A stretch of 58,160 bases of DNA from positions 51,920,190 to 51,978,349 of the forward strand of contig NC_068984.1 in NCBI RefSeq assembly GCF_001194135.2, in the 5' to 3' direction. Below are positions 41,201 to 54,030 of this stretch, piece by piece (the first letter of the stretch is position 1; the number at the start of each line of letters is the position of its first letter). Below the pieces are notes generated by a model. That model was not told the origin of the DNA, did no database searches, and saw only the letters and a program-made list of their open reading frames with translations. The position numbers and the translations under genes are program-made. The DNA comes from Octopus bimaculoides (taxonomy: Eukaryota).

Positions 41201-44200
41201 CTATGACTGGATGCCCTTCTTATTGCCAATAACTCTACAGAGTGTACTGGGTGCATTTTATCATGGCATCAGAACTTGAGTGGTTGAACTTTCCTTGACG
41301 AAACAAAACTAGTGAGACCTAATATAATTATACACTTTCTTTGCTCATTTAGCCAACCACTTTCCAGTGTGAACCATTAATGGAGAGCCGTAAATGTAAA
41401 TTTGGGGAGGGAACAATGCTGACTGAAAGGCCAGAAAGAGGTATTTGAGAGTGGGGATGGTGTTGAGAGTACTTGATAAACTAGGGCATGTAACTTGACT
41501 CAGGTGACAGAGGAGGGGAATTGGAGAGAGATGAATGACTGCCAACAGAATGTGACAGTTCTATAAAGGACAATGTTACTGTTGTTTTAGCCCCTGGAAA
41601 ACATCTATATATATATATATATATATATATAACTACTGATGATGATTTGATGTGGCTGAAAGGTAAAGACAAACTGGATGATATTTTTTTTTGTAAAATA
41701 GAATTTGTAGGTTTTTTTCCTTGACTGCATTGTAGACATAAGTCGTAGGAGAATGGAAACTTTGCTAGAGCTTGCTTTACGAACCAGTACTGCAAATGTT
41801 GATCCTTTCAAAGATGATTTGAGGTATGTATGCTTAACATATTCTGTTTTTTTCAGAGACATTCATTACTACTTGATGGAGCTCTCTTTTTTGTTTTTTG
41901 GAATTAGTAGAGATAATCTAATGAATATTATATTTGGATAGTTATTTATTAAAAATATTGTTGGAGAAGTCAATGTACCAGACAAGCAGCTGATAAAAAC
42001 CAAGGGAGCATTTGTGTGGTCACTTGACCTGCTAGAAATAACAAATCTCTCCCCCCCCCCACTCTCTCTCACACTTGCTCTATCTCTCTCTCTTTATTTG
42101 AGGGGAAAAAGAAAGAAATGAAAATGCTCAAGGTCTTTGAATCACCACAAATTATTTCTCTGGATAATATTTCTTGGTTTCCAAATGAATCCCCAATTTT
42201 TAAGTTGTAAAGAATTTATGACTCTTTTCCACCATTACAAGTGGTTATAAATTATGTTGTAGCATACTTGGAATTCACTTACATACTCTTTACGTCTTTT
42301 TTCTCAGAAAATATCTGGAGTTCAGGCTCCACTTAATGGAATGCTATTAGTAGTTTATAGTATGTAATAAGCTTTTTCTTGATTCTGTCTCTTGCCATTG
42401 TAGTGCAAATTTATGATTGGCAGTTCACAGAACAATTTTTTTTAAATGTTTCCTTCTGTAAATATGCTGTTGCATGAACACCACAATGCAAATGTGGAAG
42501 ATGAGCAAAATAAATATGATCTTTCTGAGAATGATTATAAAATTTACCAATAATGAGTTTACACTGCTAAAGTTAATTGTTGTAGGTTTTTAATTATGAT
42601 TCTTTTTCTTTTTATTACTATTAGAAACTGTTGTTTTAATATTTTGAAGTCATGTGTATATTTTCACACATAAAATTTGACCATCACAAAATCTAGCTTA
42701 GCTTTACAAGATATAGTAAATTTTGTTCAAATTTACAATCAATGTCTTAGAATCAGATTTCCTCATTACAATATAGAATGTATCATTAGATTGATCAAAC
42801 ATTAAGAATGCTATTGAACAGTTTGTTATGAAATGCAGTCGTTACAATTATTCAACATTTAATATAGGCACTTTAATGAATATTCAAATATTATTTCAGG
42901 ATACAATTCCAGGAAACTGACCTAATATCTCAGTTATATGATATTCTGAAAGGTAAACAGGGATTTCTCTTCAAATCCTTTCTATATTTCTTTAAATCAT
43001 TTAATTTATTTTGATTATTAACTCCAAAAAGGAACTGTTTCTGTCATTTCTACACATAATCACAAACATGTAACATGGGTTACATTATACCAGTGATGTT
43101 CTTTTATGTGATAAGAGGCTACCAAAGTTGTAGCTACTTTGGATGTACTACAAAACATTACTCTGTAAAGTATTTTGTGTGCTTAAGATGTTTTATTTAA
43201 AAGTGTTTATGTGTACTCACTCAGAAATAGCCCTTCCTTCTTAAGAAATCTGCAATCAGATCTAGAACAAACAGTTCAGTATTTATTAAAATTTGGGTTT
43301 GAAACTGTTGTCAGTTCATTGTCAATTGGATTTTGCCTGAGGCTGAAAGTTATGAATTATTAAGAATGCAATCTGCAATTTAACTAAGTATGTTAACCAA
43401 GACTGCAAGTCACATGTTGACCAAGACTGTTTGTCAAAATTCTAAAACTTGGTTGCAAGTTGGCCAAAACAATTAAACACTAGTTAACTCTTTTGATACC
43501 AATCTGCTTGAGGCTACCTCAGGTTCCATGATACAATTTTCTTGTTTTAGAGTGATCTAAATTAAAGCCTTCTATCAAAGTTTCATGTTAATTTTTGTTT
43601 GAAATATCTGCTTAATAATGACTAAGTTATTTTCCTAAAAGCTAAATTATTTGAAACATAAACAATGTACTTTATTAGAAACACAGTAACAAAATGGTTA
43701 ACTCAACATAAATGAGTTGAGAAAATGTCTCTCATGCATACAATCATTAGCTGTTATGTGCATGAGAGATGAAAATGGAGGATAAATTTGTAGGGTAAAA
43801 ATACAGTGAATTGATTGGAGTAAATGTTGACTTAATATGTTTTGTTTGTTTTTTGTCTGCTGATCTCTTTACTGTAACTTGTGTTTTCTAGCAATGCGCA
43901 GTAGCCCTGTTGAGTGTAATTTGTCTGGCCTGGAATCTTTCTCCTTCAATTATAATGTGAAATGGCCACTAACTCTTGTTTTAAATAGAAAGGTCAGTGT
44001 AAATCTACTTTTACAAATTGTTTTATTGTTGCTTTTGATACCAATGTTAATATGAAGTTCTTGTTTAATGACCCTAAATTTTAATTAGTTTTATGACTTT
44101 TATGTATTTCTCATTTCTTGTCCTCTTTGCTTTGCTTTTTCAGTTTATGGAGTTCTGCTTTCTTCTGATTCGAATATTTGGTTGAAAGATTTTACTCTTC

Positions 44201-47200
44201 CTACAATTTCACTAATATTTCTTTCATTAAACAGATTCAACTTATATATATATAAACTGTCCCTAACTAGATTATATCCAAAAACTTACCAGAACTTTGC
44301 TTGAGATCAGTTTGCACCCTTCCATAAATACTTAACTTCTTACATTTTTAGATTCTAAAATTCCCCATTGGAATTATTGTTATTTTTCGGTTTATTTCAA
44401 CTAGATATGTTTTAAGTATAGAATCTTATGGTTGATGTTAGTTATGAAAAACACTATCTTATTTTATTTTTCATATAGCTTTCTTTGAGAGAGAAAATAT
44501 AGTCCTTTCAATTAAATAATTTATTATTTTGAAATAACTGATTTACTTTGTAAAAAGCCTTCTTTTAGCTTTCTTATACCTTTTTACTACAAAAAGCAGT
44601 TTTATATACCAATCTTTCTTTTGTTAAGGAATGTCATATTTGAAACTATTTTTTGCTGATACATGTCAAGTTTATTGAGGCAACATGACTAGCAGAAGCT
44701 TCCAATTCTTTTTTTTTTCTTTTTTTTTTTAGATATTTAATATCTTAACTGCAATAACCATGAAATTTAGTTTTCATAAAAAATGAGTGGAAATATTATT
44801 TCATGAGAACTATTCACATAATTCTGCTCCTGTGGGTTAGTGCTATAACATGCTGGAAAAGTTTCTTCTACAAAATATGCCATATTAGTATCTAGTATTC
44901 TTAGCAATGTCATCAAGAAGATGATGAGGAGTCAGTAGGGAAGAGCTGGGTTTGAAATATTAGAATTGTAAAAACTGACAACTATGTTTCACCCACAGAG
45001 TGATATAATTGGTTAGATGAGAACTTCCAAAATTAAGCAGTGGAAAGTATTTTCAGTCCTTTTATATGTACTAAATTTAGATTTATTATATTTCAACTTG
45101 AAAGATGTAACTTGAACTCTGAATTTTATTGATATGATAACATGGTGTTATATTTCAGATATAATTATAGAAAACCAGATCATCTGATACATTATAGATT
45201 AAGCACTTCATAGATGGATCCTTGGTTCTAAAATTAATAAGTAGCTGTTTGTCGTTGTCGTTTAACGTCCGCTTTCCATGCTAGCATGAGTTGGACGATT
45301 TGACTGAGGACTGGTGAAACCAGATGGCTACACCAGGCTCCAATCTGATTTGGCAGAGTTTCTACAGCTGGATGCCCTTCCTAACGCCAACCACTCAGAG
45401 AGTGTAGTGGGTGCTTTTACGTGTCACCAGTAGTAGTAATAATAAAACAACATCTATTGTGGAGTCTTTTGTTTATATATTAAGTGTAAGAAGTTGACAG
45501 GAACTCTGCTTCCTTTTTGTGTTACACTTCGGTGTCTCAGTTGCATTTTCTGGCATACAATTTGATGTAGTGTATAGTGTAAACATTCAAATATTGTTAC
45601 TATCTTTTTCCGAACCCTGCTGCATTTCACATGGAATTTTTGCTCCTTCTTGGTGTATATGTCGATCTACCTATTTCAGCTGTAAATTATGGTCTGAAAA
45701 AATGCTTGTATGCTTGAAAATATGATACTATTACAAAAGCTTTCAGCTATATTTTATGAACTTTTAGTCAAGGGGTATCTCCTAGGTTTCATTATTCTAC
45801 ACTGAAAAGATTCTTCTCTTTGTCTTCATCTTCTGTTTTATTTTATTTTCAGGCTCTTATGCTCTATCAATTATTGTTCAGACAGCTTTTCTACTGCAAA
45901 CATGTGGAACGACAATTATGCAAGTAAGTTTGAACATAGGCTTCTTGACATTTCACATAAGAATCCAGCTGTCAATTCAACAGCTCTTTTATTGTATTAA
46001 ATGTATTGGAGTGATTGGCAAATATTAAAATCCATAAGTTGATCTGAGAAGTCACAGGAAATAATAGGTATGTTCTAGTACTAAATTGGGTTGGAAATAG
46101 GGATACTGAAGAGATAATGGTTTGAGTGACTGTTGGGAGAAATTTAGGAAACTTTTTGTTTTGTCAATGAAAGGTAATTTCTCTATACTTATGGCTATAT
46201 CAAATATATGATGTTGCATAAAATAAAACCTGGTGAGGAAAATTTGAATAGTTCCACTTCAATTTATTATTACCTCCGCCTTAGTGAAAGTGGAGGTATT
46301 ATTTTCAGTCACATTTGTTTGTTTGTCTGTGGATAAGATATCTCAAGAACTGCTGGATAAATTTGGATGAAGCCTTCAGAGATGTTTAGCCTCATGACTG
46401 GCACAAATTGATTAGATTTTGAGATCAATCTGGTACCATACAGGAATTCTGGATTATTTGTTATATTTACTTACTTTACATGAGGTATTACGATCTTACG
46501 TTGACTTTCAAGTCTTTCTCTGATTATCTCCCTTGAAAGCACACTCTTGGATTCCATGTCAGTTATGGCGGCGTTGCTGTTTCCAAAGTTTTATTTTCGT
46601 TTCTCTATTATTAATTTTACTCACGTCTCTGTCTTAGAAGAAACTGATGGATAAAGAAATCACACTACATAAACAAAAGGCAGCAAAACCGTTCAGAAAG
46701 TAATTAACACTAACATATTCAGTAACAATAATAAATTTAAATTATACTCTACAATTTTTAGTTTTACCAATTTTGAATATATCGCTCCTGTTTAAAACCT
46801 CTTACCTATTTGACAATTGCATTTCTAGCTCTGCCTTGAAGGAAGCTTTAGTTCTTGGACTCATGTTTTTGTGCGCAATGATATTGTTAAACCTCTGTTA
46901 ACAAACACTGTATGCAGGTCCTTTCCATTTTCTTTCACGCACGGGTAAATTTTCCACTATAGACCTTAATGGTCGTAAAGACACTGTATCACTGGATAGA
47001 CTAAAAAAGGCCTTCATAGAGAAAACTGTCCCTGTTCCCACTGCAGATGACACACACATAGCGTTACAAACATGACCTGCACATCCACTTTCACATTCTA
47101 TAACTATCATTGGGATTGACCAGGTACTGGACAAGGATTCTGGATCATTCTTTCAGTTTTTTTACTTAATTTTTGAGAGTGGTTGGGCTCATTTTTAGTA

Positions 47201-47675
47201 TTCCCATTTGTGAGAGCAGTTGAATTTATTTCAGATATTCTCATTTTTGAAAAGCATCTCTGGCTAATCGCTGAAAGGACATTGGTGTTGCCTTGGCAGA
47301 GGTCTGTGCTCTCTGAGTGCTCTTGCTATTATTATTATTCAATAGTCTTATTTTTATCATGTGCTTTCACTGCACTACCGAGCGCAGCTCTGTGTACCTT
47401 GGGTATATGCTGTAGTTTGTTGTGATGCTCTTATTTTTACTGTATTGAAAGTGTTTTACATAGGATGTTTGTAGTACCTTGTAGTACTATCTACTGTATA
47501 TTATATATACTTGTTAGTCCTAGTGTTTCTGTTATGTATTTGTCTGAATATTTTTTATCATGCCTAATGCCCCTACTATGATAGAAATTGTTTCTGTTTT
47601 TAGACTCCACATTCAAGTTACCTATCATTACTATTGTTGTTATTGTTATCATTATTATTATTATTATCATCATCA

Positions 47676-47713
<38 letters not shown>

Positions 47714-48045
47714 AACAAAGAATTTAAATGGTTTATTTTTGTTTCAGTTTATGGTTGCAAAATAAATGTGTAAAACTGCTCCCTTCTAAAGGTTACACTG
47801 CTGCATTTGCCTTAAGGCAACGCATGTTGAACTTTGTCCAGAATTTAGAATACTATTTAATGGTAGAAGTTATTGAACCAAATTGGCATATTTTTCTAAA
47901 CAAGATGGAAACAGTAAATATTTTGCTTGTTTGTCTTTATTTCTACTTTTTTTGTGCATACATTTTTTTCTTAAATTTTGTTATATCATGTATATTATAA
48001 GTAACAAGGGAGTGAAAATCATACACTGCATGGTGTGTGTATGTG

Positions 48046-48080
<35 letters not shown>

Positions 48081-49436
48081 CTATATATATATATAATGGA
48101 TAATAAAATGAATGGTTTATACCTGGTAGCTTACTGGTAAAGCACGGTCACTTTCACAGTGATCGTTATGTATATGGCAAATGAAAGACAGAAGATGGAA
48201 TATAAAAGAATTTATTATTTATCACTACAATTGTTTTGACATATCTAGCATTGATTCCTCAACAACTTGTTCAGGAGCATATATATATACTAGATTACCC
48301 ATGACCCGTTGGGTCACCGGGAAAGTCTGAGTTTCCTAGCAATGGAGTTTTTTTTTTTGTGGAGTTTTTTTCTTTTCTAGGTTATTTTGCATGCTTTCAA
48401 TGAATGAGACATCGAAATCAAGGTTAAGCAGCTCCTTTCCCCCAGGAAATGAAAGATTTGGCTACTATTTCTTGCATGCCCTGCTACCACATTAACCGGA
48501 GTTTCGGATCCTTTATCGCAAATAAGAGTTACGTGGTAGCAGGGCGTGCAAGAAATAGCAGCCAAATCTTTGGAAGTGAGATATGAATGCATATATGGAA
48601 AAAAATTATTTTACACTGCAGTTATGAATGGTTCTTTTACGGAATATTTATGCCAAAATGAATTGTTGTAATGGTATTCACTTGAAAATAATCATTAAAA
48701 TATTGTCTGTTTAAAGAAAGCTAAAATATAAATACTTATTGTACAAACAGCTTACATATTTGAAATAACATTCACTTGAAAATATTTCTAAATGATTAAA
48801 ATATTGTGTTTAACAAAAGTAAAAATATAAACAATTTTTGTTGTCAAGTCACTATATAATCGAAAGGTAAGAGTTACCTCCCTTTCAGCATCAAGTTATC
48901 CAATTTATACGAAATTTGTTTCATTCCACTCGTATTTACATTTAAGGGGGCACTTAATTCATAGTATTTTCTCATTATGCGCCAATTTGCCTAAGTAACA
49001 TTGCAAGCAAGCAAGATTCAATCTGACTTTTAATGTATTGTAGATAGTGCATGTGTGTGTGTGTGTCTGTGTGTCTCTCTTCTATCTTTTCTCTTTTCAA
49101 AAAAATATTTCTCACAGTGTTCACAATTTTCCTCTCATTCTGGTCTAACAACCCTCCAAGTTTGTTTTTGTTCAGTTTCCTTGTATGTCTCCCCTGTCAT
49201 GTTTATGATCCCAACTTTGACCCTCCATAAATCCTAAATTTTGTTTTAGAATTTATGGGAGAAACTGTCATTGAAGACTCATATTGTCGTTGAATGCTCG
49301 AAATGAGGAGTAAACAGACAGCCGACAACTGATGAAGGGTCCTTTCTCTGTGTTTACTTATCTTGTTTTCCATTTTTTCTCTCGTTTACATATTTCATGT
49401 TAATTGCACTGTCAGTGATGTCCTGTACTCATATGC

Positions 49437-49472
<36 letters not shown>

Positions 49473-49560
49473 TGTGTGTTATATATACATATATATATAT
49501 ATAGTGTGTGTGTGTGTATACATATACATATAGTGTGTGCATGTATGTATATATTTTATG

Positions 49561-49598
<38 letters not shown>

Positions 49599-52500
49599 TA
49601 CATATATTTAATTGTATATTTATATTATATATTTATAGCTAGTTAGATTGATTAATAGATAGAGCAGGGGAGAGAGAAAGAGAGATAGAGTGGACAAATA
49701 GTAGTCATATATAACTGCTTCATATTTTCTTTTCTCATGTATATAGCAGTTTACTGATGTACGAGTGGTAGCTAACTGATTACTTGCTGAAAAGAATTAA
49801 TGTTGTGTAACATTATTTCAAAGAGGTCACTTTTGAAAATAACTATAAAATAATATTATTTTTATGTCAGTGAACTTGACATCATCCTTCAGAAAATTAC
49901 TTTCACCAACCTAAAACAGCATATATTGACAATTTTCACAGTCTAATCAAAATATATTGGCTCAAAATATATTGGTTAAGAAGTCTGCTTTGCAACTACA
50001 GGGGTTGGACAAAATAATGGAAACACCTTAAAATTTCAAACAAATTGAATTGTTTCCAAAGGAATTTTTGTCTATTCTTCAGCTGAAACAGTTTCCAGTT
50101 CTTGTAGTGATGATGGTGGAGGATATCGACTCCTTACTTGTTTTTCTACAATGCACCATAAATGTTCAATAATATTGAGATCTGGGGACTGTGGTGGCCA
50201 GATAAGAGGTTCAACTTCACTAGAATGTCCCTCATGCCATTCAGTAACAATTTTAGCTGTGTGAATTGGTGCAGTATCATCCTGAAAGATTGTGTTTTCC
50301 TCCAGAAACAGTTCCGCACCCATAGGATGAATTTGATCAGATAAAATGCTTAAATAGTCTNNNNNNNNNNNNNNNNNNNNNNNNNNNNNNNNNNNNNNNN
50401 NNNNNNNNNNNNNNNNNNNNNNNNNNNNNNNNNNNNNNNNNNNNNNNNNNNNNNNNNNNNNNNNNNNNNNNNNNNNNNNNNNNNNNNNNNNNNNNNNNNN
50501 NNNNNNNNNNNNNNNNNNNNNNNNNNNNNNNNNNNNNNNNNNNNNNNNNNNNNNNNNNNNNNNNNNNNNNNNNNNNNNNNNNNNNNNNNNNNNNNNNNNN
50601 NNNNNNNNNNNNNNNNNNNNNNNNNNNNNNNNNNNNNNNNNNNNNNNNNNNNNNNNNNNNNNNNNNNNNNNNNNNNNNNNNNNNNNNNNNNNNNNNNNNN
50701 NNNNNNNNNNNNNNNNNNNNNNNNNNNNNNNNNNNNNNNNNNNNNNNNNNNNNNNNNNNNNNNNNNNNNNNNNNNNNNNNNNNNNNNNNNNNNNNNNNNN
50801 NNNNNNNNNNNNNNNNNNNNNNNNNNNNNNNNNNNNNNNNNNNNNNNNNNNNNNNNNNNNNNNNNNNNNNNNNNNNNNNNNNNNNNNNNNNNNNNNNNNN
50901 NNNNNNNNNNNNNNNNNNNNNNNNNNNNNNNAAGAGTCCAACGGTCCCTATCTGAAAGTTTTGGTTTTCTTCTGGAGTTTTGTTTCAACGAGGAGGTTTT
51001 TCCCTCTTTCTCAAAGGCTGTCATTACTTTTGAGACAGTACTTCTTGATACACCAAACATTTCAGCTGTTTTCATTACACTAGTGCCTGCCATAGAAGCA
51101 CCAACAATTTGACCTCTTTGAAAGTCTGATAGATCTGTGATTTTAATGAATTTTAATTACCTTTTTCTGATGATATCTGAAAAGAAACAGCAATTTTAGC
51201 AAATCATATTAAGCAACACTAATAATAAATCAAGAAACATAAAAATAAATAAGCTTTTGATAGTTTTATAGATATTTCAAAATTATGATGCTATAATGCT
51301 AGGTGTTTCCTTTATTTTATCCAACCCTTGCATGTGGTTTCAATTCTGGGCCAACCAAGGTCTTGTGAGTGAATTTAGTAGGTAAAATCTGTAGAAGCCT
51401 GTCATATATCTATGTATGTGTTTGTGTTCATCCTCTTCATCATCGCTTGACAAGTGGTGTTATTTGTTTATAACCCCTTCCCCCCACTAAATTAGCAGCT
51501 TGGCAAAAGAGATCAATAAAATATCTGCCATCCTTAAAAATAAGTATTGAAGTCAATCTGTTCAATTGAAACCATTGAAGATGGTGCTCTAGCATGGCCG
51601 CTGTCCAATGACTGAAACAAGTAAAAGATAAGGTAACTAATTTTCTCTGAAAATTTAAAGAAGTTAGTGAAAAATTTACATTGCCCCTGTGCAAGGATGA
51701 CATGCAAACCCATTTTTTCAACAGTGGTGCCCCAGCATGACCGCAGCTTTCATGCTGAAACTAGTTAAAGAGTTTTATAAAAATGTACTAAATACTTAAA
51801 AAAAATATACTAAATATGTCAGATGTTTTTTCTGTATTTGTACATGGCTAAGTGGTTAAGAAGTTAACTTTGCAATCATGAGGTCCTGAGTTTGATTTTA
51901 AGATGTCTACGCTCTCCAAGTGCTTTTCTAGTTTATTCACATTGTTTTGAATTTATCTTGTAGCTTTGAAATTTCAATTATGTGGCTGTTTGTTTTTTGA
52001 ATGACATTCTAGGGTAGGTGTAAGAGGCTGGATCTTGCCAGTTTGGACATAAAATAGCTGGAATATTGTGTTTGTATATGGCCAGTGGGTTAATAAACAT
52101 GAAATTGTAAATAGTAAAGTAAATTATACATATAGGTGCAGGTGTGGCTGTGTGGTAAGCAGCTTGCTTCCCAACCACATTGTTCTGGGATCAGTTCCAC
52201 TGCATGGCACCTGGGGCAAGTGTCTTCTACTATATCCTCAGGTTGACCAGAGCCTTGTGAGTGGATTTGTTTGACGGAAACTGAAAGAAGCTCATTGTAT
52301 ATATACAGTAATTCCTTGCTATATCACGGTTCACCTATGATGTACTCAGTACATCGCTGTTCACCTATCATGCACTCAATACATTGTGGACTTTTCTGGC
52401 TAATATATGTAAATTTATAGCGCGGACTCCTCAGTATATTGCAGATTTCTGCGGCCAATAGGTATTTATATTTTTTTAGATTTTGTGGGAGGTTTTGGAA

Positions 52501-53999
52501 TATAACACTTGTGATAGTCAAGGGATTACTCTGTGTGTGTGTGTGTGTGTCTGTCTGTGTTTGTCTCCCCATCACTGCTTGACAACCAGTGTTGATATGT
52601 TTATGTCCCATTAATTTAGCGGTTCGCCAAAAGAGGGCAATAGAATAAGTACTAGGCTTAAAAAAATAAGTCCTGGGGTTGATTTGTTCGACTAAAATCC
52701 TTCAACGTGGTGCTCCTGCATGGCTGCAGTTAAATGACTGAAGTAAATAAAGGAATTTGTATTAGCAGTAAAACTGTTAATTTTGCAATAAAATTGGGCA
52801 CAATAATGATATAAATACAGAATGTGAATTAAAAAAAATGTCCATCAAAGCTAATAACTTTTTATATACAGGCCACCAACATAGCCATAAAAATTGCTTT
52901 ATCTAAAGAAATATAAACTTATGTAGGAACAATAGGACAATTATGCTATTTCTTTCAACAGAGATATGTTTTGTTTAAACATTTGAAATTTCTAACCAGC
53001 ATGAGAGCTTTCTCTATGGTTTTTTGACCTACTAGAAATAGCATCTGAGTCTCCCTCAGATTACACTCTGTGCCATAAAGATTGAACAAATGCGATGTCT
53101 AATAAAATGGGGTGGTCGTTGTTGGAACGTCTTTGATTATAAGTCTGGTCAGCTCAAACAAGTCTGACCTGAAGCTAAATGACAACAGTAAATACTAAAG
53201 GAATGTCTGATTCAGAGCGTCTATGAATGTTTTAATCATGTATAACAAGACCTTCTGGTGTAAAACCTAATTGACATTAATTAGGTCAATTAGTCAAAGC
53301 TAAATTATATGGTGGACATGTTTTTAGTATTTAGCATTATTCATAATATAAATAAAATATTGGCTTCTAATTTGGGCACAAGGCCAGAAAGTTCAGGGAA
53401 GGTGGTAAGTCGATTACATCGACCCCAGTGCTCAACTGGTCCTTATTTTATTGACCCTGAAAGGGATGAAAGGCAAAGTCAACCTTGGCAGAATTTGAGC
53501 CTGGAACATAAAACTGGAGAAAATATTGCTGAACATTTTGCCTGGTGTGCTAATGATTTTGTCAGCTTGCCCCCTTATTGATATGAATAATTATTGAGGG
53601 TAATTTATATTAAGAATAGGAGGAAAACCCAGATTCAAATAGATCCAGAGTGCAAGTTCTTTCTGTGGTCTTCATGGCCAAGCAGTATAGACTGCAGTTC
53701 AGGGAGATGAAATCACCTGAGGATCTCACTTTCAATCCCCACAAGAGGTAGCATTTGAAAAACAGCTGGAGGACACTTAGGAGTAATTGACTTAAATGGG
53801 CTCTGGCTCCTTAGAGTGTGAGGAACTAAGAGGCTTCATGAGAGTTCTTCTCATGAAGATTTCTCCTGCTGTTTGCTTGCTTCAAAGTAAGTTTCCATTT
53901 TCTAAGACAGTGGTAATTTATATTAATGGCAGAAAATGAATGACTTCATTTACTGTTCTTAGCAAACCTAGTAAGATGATACTGTTTAAAAGAAACCTT

Positions 54000-54030
<31 letters not shown>

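Noticed and set aside
44130-44180. cag|tttatgg acceptor resembling the start of the 47748 exon
   Set aside because: The similarity is only about 10 nt and a stop follows within 8 codons; not a duplicated exon.
53833-53860. Small palindrome cttcatgaga-gttct-tctcatgaag
   Set aside because: A 10-bp stem in otherwise unassigned DNA is not beyond chance in 58 kb.
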